NCBI GenBank assembly: GCA_040386535.1 | Contig: JAZKFH010000032.1 | Span: forward strand, 224,001 to 288,000 | Direction of reading: 5' to 3' | Length of the DNA: 64,000 bases | Source: Myxococcota bacterium | Lineage (GTDB): Bacteria; Myxococcota_A; UBA796; SXON01 | Part shown: in pieces, positions 28,371 to 36,893 of the stretch | Numbering within the stretch: the stretch's first letter is position 1 | Layout: every line of letters begins with the position of its first letter | The notes under the pieces: generated by a model | Database searches by the model: none | Told to the model about the DNA's origin: nothing | Seen by the model: the letters and a program-made list of their open reading frames with translations, nothing else | Made by a program: the position numbers and the translations under genes

Positions 28371-28790
28371 TCCGGGCGCCTACAGGACGGGAGTCGATCT
28401 GGTCGTTGCGGAAGAAGACCTCCCAGTTGTAGCCTCCCGCGGTCACTGGCGGGCCTCCACCCGGGGCCTTGGGGAACGTCATGTTCTTGATCAGGCCGTC
28501 CAACGCCGTCGTGAGGTCCGCTTCCAACCCGGACCACCGTGTCGCGAGATTCCTGCAGTGTCGTCTTGGTGTGGACGGCGGGCTTCGGATCGCTGCCGTC
28601 GACCGTCATCAGGGAGTAGCTGAACTCCGTGAGATCGCCCGAGGGGTTCTGGCTGTGGATGTGCACCCTGGGGGGCACGGTGTGGACGCAGGTGGCGAGG
28701 AAGTTCGCGGTGTCGTGGCACCCGCTGATCTTGTGGTTCTTCACCCCGTGTCCTGACTCGGAACGAATCCGGAGCCCGTCCAGCTCCTTC
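28367..28790 (-). pseudogene. Frameshifted EndoU/CdiA-CT-like nuclease toxin fragment
   Basis: HGVKNHKISGCHDTANF...TEFSY...HTKT, then an apparent frameshift near 28556 continuing as ...TAGGYNWEVFFRNDQIDS. Confidence 0.5.
28755..28784. repeat. 30-bp direct repeat, copy 2
   Basis: Identical to 24824-24853. Confidence 0.95.
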
Positions 28791-28992
28791 CCCAAAACGT
28801 GAACCTCCCCGTGAACCCCGCACGGTGCAGACGAGTACCGGCTCTCCGACGAGGAAAGCAAGCATGCTCGCGCCTCCATCGTACAACCGGCCGCGGTAGG
28901 CCCAGCCACGCGGCCAGCCCGCTCTCGAAGCGGATGCGCGTTAGGTCGCCCTTGCCCTCGCCGTCATGCGACGCGCGGTTCGCCGGATCGCG

Positions 28993-31900
28993 ATGCCAAC
29001 CGACCTCTCCCCTCCCGACTGCCCCTTCTGCGCCCCCTCGGGCATCGCAACCGTCGCCGAGAACCTCCTCGCCTTCGCCTTCCGCGACCGCTACCCCGTC
29101 TCCCCCGGTCACACCCTCGTCGTCACCCGGCGCCACGTCTCCGACTTCTTCGGCTGCACGGTCGAGGAGCGCGCAGCCCTCCTCGACCTCGTCGATCGCG
29201 TCAAGGCCGACCTCGACGTCGAGCTTCACCCGGACGCCTACAACGTAGGCTTCAACGCAGGCGAGGCCGCGGGCCAGACGGTGATGCACGTCCACGTGCA
29301 TGTCATCCCCCGCTTCCATGGCGACGTCGAGGATCCGCGCGGCGGCGTTCGCTACGTGGTGCCCGACAAGGCGAACTACCTGCGCCAGCGCGCCGAGATC
29401 CTTCCGGACGGCGACCTGGGCGGCAGCTTCTACCTCGCGCTCGCACCGCTGCTCGCTCGGGCCACCCGCATCGACATCCTCGCCGCGTTCGTCCAGGACA
29501 GCGGCCTGGCGCTGATCGAGCCCGCCGTGCAGGAGGCGCTCACACGCGGCGCGCGGCTGCGCATCCTGACGGGCGACTACCTCGACATCACCCAGGTCGA
29601 CGCGCTGCGACGGTTGGCGGATTGGGCCGCGGCCACAGCGGCCGAGCGCGGCGCGGACACCGATGCCCTGGCCATCGCGGGGGACCTTCACGCCCGAGTG
29701 ATCGAGACGAGACACTTGGGTGGGCGCTCGTTCCATCCCAAGGCATGGCACCTGCAGGGCGAGGATTTTGGTGTCACGTTCGTCGGCAGCAGCAACCTTT
29801 CGAAGTCGGCGCTGCACGACGGGATCGAGTGGAACCTCCGCGTCGATCGGCACCATGATCGGGCGGCGTGGTCGCGGGTGGCCGCCTCCTACGAGCGCCT
29901 GTGGTCGGCCGCGCGGATCATCGACGCCGACTGGATCGCCGGGTACGCCGCTCGGGTCCGGTTGCGACCGCGTCCGCTCCCCCTTGGGGAGGTTGCGGAC
30001 CAGCCGGCCGTCGCGCTCCCGGACCCCACGGGCCTGCAGAGGGAAGCGCTCGATGCGCTGGCGGCGAGCCGCCAGGAGAATCGCAGACGAGCGCTCGTCG
30101 TCATGGCAACCGGGCTCGGAAAGACCGTCCTCGCCGCCCTCGACATCGCGTCGGTCGCGCGCGAGCGAGGGGCAGCTCCGTCGGTGTTGTGGATCGCCCA
30201 TCGGCGCGAGCTGCTCGAACAGGCGGCGAGCACCCTCCGCCGCGGCCTGACCGACGCCCGCTTCGCGTGGATGCTCGGCGGCGAGCGGCCCGAAGAGCCG
30301 TTCGACGTGCTCTTCGCATCGGTCCAGACGATTGCCCGCCCGGCGACCCTCGCCTCGCTGACCGCGGATCGCTTCGACTACATCGTCGTCGACGAGGTGC
30401 ATCACGCCGACGCCCCGTCCTACCGCCGCATCCTCGCCCACTTCTCTCCGGCGTTCCTGCTCGGCCTCACCGCGACACCCGAACGTGCCGATGGTGGCGA
30501 TGTTCCCGGCCTGTTCGACGACCATGTCCCCTACCGCGCCGACGTCGGCACCGGGATCGGCGAGGATCTGCTGGTCCCGTTCGCGTACTTCGGCCTCGCG
30601 GACACGACCGACTACCGGCCGATCTCCTGGCGTAGCGGTCGGTTCGACGTCGCCGAGCTGTCGACCGCTCTCGAGACCCAGGCGCGGATGGAGAAGCTCT
30701 GGGCCGCCTGGAACGAGCCCGGCAGGTCCGGCTCGCGAACGATGGTGTTCTGCGCGTCCGTCGCCCACGCCGGGTTCGTGCGCGACTGGCTCGGGGCACG
30801 CGGCGTGCGCGTACGCCTCTGCCACGGCGGCCGGGGCTCCGACGACCGCACCGCGGCGTTGCAGGACCTCGAAGCGGGGCGAATCGACGCGATCTGCAGC
30901 GTCGACCTGTTCAACGAGGGGATCGACTGTCGCCCGCTCGATCGGGTCGTCATGCTGCGCCCGACCGAGTCGCCCGTCCTGTTCCTCCAACAGTTGGGCC
31001 GCGGACTCCGGAAGGCCGAGGGCAAGGCACGACTGGTCGTGATCGACTTCGTCGGGAACCACAAGGTCTTCCTCGACCGCGTGCGCACGCTGTTGAGCCT
31101 GGGAGGGGGCGAGGCTTCGCTGCAGGCGTTCGTGGCGCGTGGTGTCACCCAACTCCCGCCCAACTGCTCCCTCGACTTCGAGCTCGAAGCGATCGACCTG
31201 CTCAGACGGCTCCTGCCGGCCGGTGGCGGCGCCAGCGCCCTGGTCGCGGCGTACCGGGAGCTGCGCGCCGCGCGTGGCGAGCGTCCGATGGCAGGCGAGC
31301 TGGTGCGGCGCGGGTACACACTTGGTTCGCTGCTGACCGGCCACCAAGGTTGGTTTGGTTTCCTGGCCGCGGAAGGCGACCTGACAACCGTCGAGGCCTC
31401 GGTCGCCACGACGGCCGGCGCATGGCTGCGCGAAGTGCAGTCCACGCCGATGACGAAGTGCTTCAAGATGGTCGTCCTCGAGGTGCTCCTCGACGCGGAC
31501 GCGCTGCTCGACGGCATGGACCTCGCCGATCTCGCGGCGCGCTCGCACGACCTCTTGGTCCGGTCCCCCGAGCTGTTCGAAGACCTCGACGGCGTCCAGA
31601 ACCTCGAAGACGCCCAGCACCCTGAGCCGAAGCTGTGGGCGGCGTACTGGCGGAAGAACCCCATCGCGGCGTGGTGCAACGGCCCCTGGTTCAAGCTCGA
31701 TGGGACACGGCTTGTCTCCCGCCTGCCCTCCGCGGACGTGGAGACGCTCGCTGCGATGACCCGTGAGTTGGTGGACGCTCGCCTGGCGACCTATCGGCGG
31801 CGGCGAGAAGGGGGCGGCGAGGCGGTGGACGCGAAGGTCTCGTGGAACCAGCGCGACCCAATCCTGTTCCTCCCCACCGGCGCCCGGCGCGACCGGCTGC

Positions 31901-33285
31901 CCACCGGCGATGTCGATGTCCGCATGCCCGACGGTGCCCCGTGGCGCTTCCGGTTCGCCAAGGTCGCGGTCAACGTGGCCCACCCGGTCGGACGCGACCG
32001 CAACGAGCTCCCCGACCTGCTGCGGCGCTGGTTCGGGCCACAGGCGGGCCGGCCGGGCACCAATTTCCGGGTGCGGTTCCGGCCCTCGCCCGACGGGTGG
32101 TGGATGGAGCCGCTCGGCGAGGTGGTGACACTGGCGACCGAGCGGGGCCGGTTCGTGGCGTTCCCGACGTTGAAGGCGGCGGCGGGGTGGAACGGCGCGG
32201 GCAACCTGGCACCCGAGGCGGGCGATGTGCTCCTCCCAGGTCCCGTCAGTGACAGGCAATTCGCCGTCCGGGTGACGGGGTCCTCGATGGACGGCGGCGT
32301 GAGTCCGCTTCACGACGGGGACTGGGCGATCTTCGAGTGGGCACGCGGCCAAGGCATCGGCACGATGGACGGCAAGGTCGCGCTGGTCGCCATCGGCGCC
32401 GAGGACGAGGGAACGGAGTTCCACATCAAGCGCGTGATCCGCGGGGCGGACGGGTACACGCTTCGTTCGGACAATCCCCAGGTCGCGTCTCGCCCGGCGG
32501 CCGGCGCGATCCCGTACGCGCGACTGGTCCGGGCGGTGCGCCCCGAGGCGCTAGCTCCGGAGGAGGGGACGACGCTGACCGACCTCGCCATGGGGTTCGG
32601 CCTCTCCGAGACACCCACCGGCACGGCCGCGCGGGTAGACGGACACCTGTTTCTCCTCGCCGAGGGGCGCGACGTGCTGACTGGGCCCGACCGCTGGACC
32701 GTCCGCGTGCCGGACCGGCGCCCTGGAGAGACGGCGTTCGTGCTGGGCCGGTCCGAGGCAGAAGCGTCTTGGACCTACCTCGGCGTGGGGCGCTGGCTCG
32801 ACGAGGAGTCCGCCTGGGCGTTTCGAGATCCCCCGGTCGGGATCTGGCGCACCCTGTCCTCGGGTCGCGTCGCATCACGCACGCTGCCCCGGATGTGGAG
32901 GGATGCGGCGGTTCGTCTCACGGAGGCAGCGCCGGCGCAGCTCGCCGACGTGTGGCTGGAGCGCGGGAACCAGCGCGGTCGCGTGGTCGGGCGCGCCCCG
33001 CACGGCGGCCTGCGTGTGGACGGCGGTGACGGCGGCTTCGCCGAGCGGACGGTCTCCTTGCTCGACCTCGGCTGGGCCCTCGCCGCCGAAGCGGACGTTC
33101 GGCAGAAGGGCGGCGTCCTGGACGAGGCGCGGGTGAACCGCGTGCGCTACCTCGACGGGACCGCGAAAGGCGCGACCCGGTGGATCGACACCGGGTGGGC
33201 GCTGGCAATCCTCGCGGCCCTGCACGCCCATCCCGCCGAGTCGTTACCATGCCCAGTTACGAACCCGCACGGGCCCGTACTGTAG
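28993..33285 (+). CDS. Multidomain HIT - PLD-type nuclease - SF2 helicase - S24 peptidase-like fusion (1430 aa)
   Basis: CPFC, PGH and HVHVH (HIT); HPK...GSSNLS (PLD); MATGLGKT, DEVH, TAT and QQLGRGLR (SF2); AAG...GSSM...IKR (S24). Confidence 0.9.
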   Translation: MPTDLSPPDCPFCAPSGIATVAENLLAFAFRDRYPVSPGHTLVVTRRHVSDFFGCTVEERAALLDLVDRVKADLDVELHPDAYNVGFNAGEAAGQTVMHVHVHVIPRFHGDVEDPRGGVRYVVPDKANYLRQRAEILPDGDLGGSFYLALAPLLARATRIDILAAFVQDSGLALIEPAVQEALTRGARLRILTGDYLDITQVDALRRLADWAAATAAERGADTDALAIAGDLHARVIETRHLGGRSFHPKAWHLQGEDFGVTFVGSSNLSKSALHDGIEWNLRVDRHHDRAAWSRVAASYERLWSAARIIDADWIAGYAARVRLRPRPLPLGEVADQPAVALPDPTGLQREALDALAASRQENRRRALVVMATGLGKTVLAALDIASVARERGAAPSVLWIAHRRELLEQAASTLRRGLTDARFAWMLGGERPEEPFDVLFASVQTIARPATLASLTADRFDYIVVDEVHHADAPSYRRILAHFSPAFLLGLTATPERADGGDVPGLFDDHVPYRADVGTGIGEDLLVPFAYFGLADTTDYRPISWRSGRFDVAELSTALETQARMEKLWAAWNEPGRSGSRTMVFCASVAHAGFVRDWLGARGVRVRLCHGGRGSDDRTAALQDLEAGRIDAICSVDLFNEGIDCRPLDRVVMLRPTESPVLFLQQLGRGLRKAEGKARLVVIDFVGNHKVFLDRVRTLLSLGGGEASLQAFVARGVTQLPPNCSLDFELEAIDLLRRLLPAGGGASALVAAYRELRAARGERPMAGELVRRGYTLGSLLTGHQGWFGFLAAEGDLTTVEASVATTAGAWLREVQSTPMTKCFKMVVLEVLLDADALLDGMDLADLAARSHDLLVRSPELFEDLDGVQNLEDAQHPEPKLWAAYWRKNPIAAWCNGPWFKLDGTRLVSRLPSADVETLAAMTRELVDARLATYRRRREGGGEAVDAKVSWNQRDPILFLPTGARRDRLPTGDVDVRMPDGAPWRFRFAKVAVNVAHPVGRDRNELPDLLRRWFGPQAGRPGTNFRVRFRPSPDGWWMEPLGEVVTLATERGRFVAFPTLKAAAGWNGAGNLAPEAGDVLLPGPVSDRQFAVRVTGSSMDGGVSPLHDGDWAIFEWARGQGIGTMDGKVALVAIGAEDEGTEFHIKRVIRGADGYTLRSDNPQVASRPAAGAIPYARLVRAVRPEALAPEEGTTLTDLAMGFGLSETPTGTAARVDGHLFLLAEGRDVLTGPDRWTVRVPDRRPGETAFVLGRSEAEASWTYLGVGRWLDEESAWAFRDPPVGIWRTLSSGRVASRTLPRMWRDAAVRLTEAAPAQLADVWLERGNQRGRVVGRAPHGGLRVDGGDGGFAERTVSLLDLGWALAAEADVRQKGGVLDEARVNRVRYLDGTAKGATRWIDTGWALAILAALHAHPAESLPCPVTNPHGPVL

Positions 33286-33617
33286 GCGCTGGATGAACCG
33301 GAACACCCCGAGGATCGCCAGGAGCGGCGCGACCAACGCCAGCAGTGCCCAGGCGAGCGCGGGGATCTCCACGATCCGGGTGACGGGCCCGTGGGCGGCG
33401 AACACGCCGGCGCACGTGACACGCCCTCGGACGTCGCGACCAAATTCGGGTCGAGCGCGAGGGAGGCGAGGAAGCGGCGACGTTCGCGGGTCCCCAGCAA
33501 GATCGCGCCGGCGGCGCCGAGGGAGAGCACCATCTCGCCGACGACGAACCACGCCACGACGCTCACGATCGCCCGCCGAGACGCTTGGAAGGTAACACCG
33601 CCTCGAGGTCCAACCCC

Positions 33618-34172
33618 ATGCCCCCCCAACTCCAAACCCCCCGCACTCTCCTTCGCCTCGCCACCGCCAACGACGCCGATCGCGTATTGGCATACTGGCG
33701 CGCGAACGGCCACCGGTACTCCCCCGCCATCCCGCAACACCTCCTCACCGACACAGCAGAGTGGGTCACGCGCGGCGAGGCGGCGGAGGAGGCGTTCACC
33801 GCGGGCACCGCGCTCAAGCTCTACGTGTTCGAGCACGACGAGCGCGCCGTGATCGGCACCGTGGCGTTCACCGACATCCAGCGGGCGTGGTGGCACCGGT
33901 GCGCGCTCGGGTACGGCGTGGCTGGGACACACGAGGGGCGCGGCGTGATGTTCGAGGCGGTGCAGGCCGCCATCCGGTTCGTGTTCGACGAGCTCGACCT
34001 GCGGCGCATTGACGCAAACCACGACGTGGCGAACGTCCGCAGCGGGGCGTTGTTGGCCCGGCTCGGCTTCGAGCGCGAGGGTGTGTCACGCCAACACATG
34101 TGGATCGACGGGGCGTTTCGGGACCACGTGCGCACGAGCCTGCTCAACCCAAGCTGGCGGCCCACGGACTGA
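33618..34172 (+). CDS. GNAT N-acetyltransferase, RimJ/RimL family
   Basis: LGYG...EGRGVMFEAV, LRRIDANH..NVRSGALLARLGFEREG and RDH motifs. Confidence 0.9.
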   Translation: MPPQLQTPRTLLRLATANDADRVLAYWRANGHRYSPAIPQHLLTDTAEWVTRGEAAEEAFTAGTALKLYVFEHDERAVIGTVAFTDIQRAWWHRCALGYGVAGTHEGRGVMFEAVQAAIRFVFDELDLRRIDANHDVANVRSGALLARLGFEREGVSRQHMWIDGAFRDHVRTSLLNPSWRPTD

Positions 34173-34407
34173 CAGACGCCCGTGGCGGTGGATTGGGCGC
34201 CCAGGGCCCCCCTCCCCGCTCGGCGCAGAGCGCCTCGGTCCGCCCGAAGCGGGCGGGACCGCCGGGCGCGGCGCCCGGCGCGGTCCGGTCGGCCGGGCGC
34301 GAAAAACGGACACGATTCGACGCCCCACCGATGAGTCCTGCCCCGCGCCCCGGTCCAATGAGCGGGGAGTCCCTCTCGACCCCTCCAACCACCCCACGGG
34401 AGCCACG

Positions 34408-34824
34408 ATGTCCGTCCAATCGATCACCCCCTACCTGTTGCTCAACGGCCGCACGCGCGACGCGATCGCGCTCTACGAGCAGGCCCTCGGCGCCACGACC
34501 CACAGCGTCGCCACCTTCGGCGACACCGACGGATCCTGTCCGTCGGCGCTCGAACAGCGCGTCATGCACGCGGAACTTCGCGTGAACGGCGCCGTGCTGC
34601 TGATGAGCGACGGCCCCGCCGACAGCCCCGTGCCGGATCACAACATGGTCAACATCGCGATCGCGTTCGACGACCCCGCCGAGCTGCGGCGCGCCTTCGA
34701 CGCCCTCGCCGTGGGCGGCCGCGTCTTCGAGAAGGTGTTCCCGCCGCCGTGGGGCGGGCTGTTCGGCATGGTGGTCGACCGCTTCGGCATGCAATGGATG
34801 TGCACCTGCGAACGCGCGGACTGA
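34408..34824 (+). CDS. VOC/PhnB-family protein
   Basis: ITPYL..NG, VMHAEL, LMSDG and WGGLFGMVVDRFGMQW motifs. Confidence 0.9.
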   Translation: MSVQSITPYLLLNGRTRDAIALYEQALGATTHSVATFGDTDGSCPSALEQRVMHAELRVNGAVLLMSDGPADSPVPDHNMVNIAIAFDDPAELRRAFDALAVGGRVFEKVFPPPWGGLFGMVVDRFGMQWMCTCERAD

Positions 34825-34941
34825 GGAAGCGGCGCGCGAGCAGCAGCCGCGCGTCACGTCCGGCGTCGACGAACATCCCCGGGCGCCGCGCGGCCCCGTC
34901 GGATGCGATAGAGGGTTCCGCCACCCGACCCAAGGGGACCC

Positions 34942-36519
34942 TTGCCGCCTGTACGCCACCGCCTCTGGCTCGTAGACGACGTGCCCCTGGAGCTCGAAGC
35001 GGCCCGCCAACAGCTCGGGACGAACTTCGACGTCGAGACCTTCGTCGACGGCGCGATGCTCCTCGAGCGGGCCATGAACGGCGCGTTGCCCGATGTGGTC
35101 GTGCTCGACTGGCACATGGACGGGGTGAGTGGCCTCGACGTGCTCCGCTTCCTGCGGTCGCAGGCCTCGACCGTCGGGCTCCCGATCCTCGTCTTCACCG
35201 CCACCGGGAACCGGGAGGACCTCATCGACGCCCTCGAGGCCGGCGCGGACGACTATGTCGGCAAGGGCGCGCCGGCCGCGGAGGTCAACGCGCGCGTCAG
35301 CACGCTGATCCGCGCCAACACGCTGCGAGCCCGGGCGGAGCGCGCCGAGGCGGAGCTCGCGCATCTCCTGGTGAGCGAGCGGAGCGCCCGCGCCGAAGCC
35401 GAAGCGGCGAACCGCGAGAAGGATCAGTTCCTCGCCATGGTTTCGCATGAGCTGCGCACGCCGTTGAGCGCGATCCTCGGCTGGGCGCGGATGCTCAAGA
35501 CCGGTAGCCTCGACGCGACGCAGACCGCGCGCGCGGTGGAGACGATCGTGCGGAACGCGGTCGACCAGGCGCGGCTGGTCGACGATCTGTTCGACGTGGC
35601 CCGGATCGTCTCGGGCGGCATCCGCCTGGACGTCGCTCCCTTCGACCTCTCGCGCGCCATCGAAAATGCCATCGACGCAAGCCGCCCGTCGGCGTCGGCC
35701 AAGCGTATGCGCCTGGTGGTCGACCTGACCCCCTGCTTCGTGTCGGGCGACGTGGCACGCCTGCAACAAGTTGCGTTGAACCTGCTGTCCAACGCGGTGA
35801 AGTTCACGCCGGCCGGAGGCACGGTGACCATCGCGCTCCGCTCCGACGGGAAGAACGCCACGCTGACCGTGAGCGACACCGGCCCTGGAATCTCCCCGGC
35901 GCTGCTCACCCAGGTGTTCGACCGGTTCCGCCAGGGCGATCACTCGATCACGCGCGAGCACGGCGGGCTCGGGCTCGGCCTCTCGATCGTGCGTCAGATC
36001 GTGGAGATGCACGGGGGAACCGTCGTCGCGAGGAACGGCCCGGACGGCGGCGCGGCGTTCGACGTCGTGCTTCCCGCGCTCCCGGCCGAGGCTGCGCCCG
36101 TGGAGGCACCGGTGCTCGATGCACTCCCCGGCAGCCGGCTCCAATCGATCCGCGTGTTGCTCACCGGGGACGACGCCGATGCGCGCTCTTCGCTGCTGGG
36201 CGTGCTCGGCGGGTGTGGGGCCGTGGTGATCGAGGCCGTCTCCGCCTCCGCGGCGATGGACGCGCTCGGGAAGGAGCCCCCCGATGTCGTCGTGTTGGCC
36301 GTCGCCACCGCCGTGCCGGAGGGCTATGCGCTGGTGCGCGAGGTGCGACACGTGTTCGGACACGGAGTGCCCGCGATCGTGGTGGGCGCGCCGCCCGGTC
36401 ACGAGGACACGGCGGTCGCCGCGGGGGCGGGGTTTCAACTCCACTTCGCCCGGCCGCTCGACACGGAAGAGCTGGTGAGGGCCATCTCGTCGTTGACCGC
36501 AGGGAGAGACTCCACATGA
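34942..36519 (+). CDS. Hybrid histidine kinase REC-HisKA-HATPase-pseudoREC
   Basis: VLDWHM (REC), SHELRTPL, NLLSNAVKFT, DTGPG and GLGLGL. The C-terminal REC is degenerate. TTG start. Confidence 0.92.
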   Translation: MPPVRHRLWLVDDVPLELEAARQQLGTNFDVETFVDGAMLLERAMNGALPDVVVLDWHMDGVSGLDVLRFLRSQASTVGLPILVFTATGNREDLIDALEAGADDYVGKGAPAAEVNARVSTLIRANTLRARAERAEAELAHLLVSERSARAEAEAANREKDQFLAMVSHELRTPLSAILGWARMLKTGSLDATQTARAVETIVRNAVDQARLVDDLFDVARIVSGGIRLDVAPFDLSRAIENAIDASRPSASAKRMRLVVDLTPCFVSGDVARLQQVALNLLSNAVKFTPAGGTVTIALRSDGKNATLTVSDTGPGISPALLTQVFDRFRQGDHSITREHGGLGLGLSIVRQIVEMHGGTVVARNGPDGGAAFDVVLPALPAEAAPVEAPVLDALPGSRLQSIRVLLTGDDADARSSLLGVLGGCGAVVIEAVSASAAMDALGKEPPDVVVLAVATAVPEGYALVREVRHVFGHGVPAIVVGAPPGHEDTAVAAGAGFQLHFARPLDTEELVRAISSLTAGRDST

Positions 36520-36893
36520 GCCGATTGCTCGTCGTCGACGACAGCAAGCTGATGCGCGACATGGTGGTCGCCTGCCTTCGCGGCATCTCCGGGACCACGT
36601 TCGTCCACGCGGCGAGCGGGCTCGAGGCGATCGAGCGGTTGTCGCTCGAGTCGTTCGATCTCGTCGTCCTCGATCTGAACATGCCGGACATCGGGGGGAT
36701 CGAGGTCCTCGAGTTCGTCCGGGCCCAGGACCAGCTCGCGAACCTCCCGATCGTCATCGTGACCACGCGGGGCGACGAGCTCTCGCGGGAGCGCGCGCTC
36801 GCGGCCGGGGCCACCCGGTTCATGACCAAGCCGTTCACGCCCGACGGCATCCAGGGTGTGGTGCGGGAGCTGATCTCGGCGGCGGGGACGTGA
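36516..36893 (+). CDS. cheY: CheY-like single-domain response regulator
   Basis: VVDDS, LDLNMPD, VTT and TKPF motifs. Overlaps both neighbours. Confidence 0.88.
   Translation: MSRLLVVDDSKLMRDMVVACLRGISGTTFVHAASGLEAIERLSLESFDLVVLDLNMPDIGGIEVLEFVRAQDQLANLPIVIVTTRGDELSRERALAAGATRFMTKPFTPDGIQGVVRELISAAGT

Noticed and set aside
28915..28945. RIRFESG peptide on the minus strand resembling RIRSESG of the 30-bp repeat
   Set aside because: Little DNA identity and it lies in a shadow frame, so it is treated as coincidence.
28741..32424. 1227-aa minus-strand ORF
   Set aside because: Shadow of the HIT-PLD-helicase gene.
34256..34286. GC-only palindrome between the GNAT and VOC genes
   Set aside because: Expected by chance at this GC content and has no U-tract.
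34397..34405. CGGGAGCCA matching the tRNA 3' end as a possible attR
   Set aside because: Only 9 nt in GC-rich DNA and it coincides with the RBS of the VOC gene, so chance is likely.
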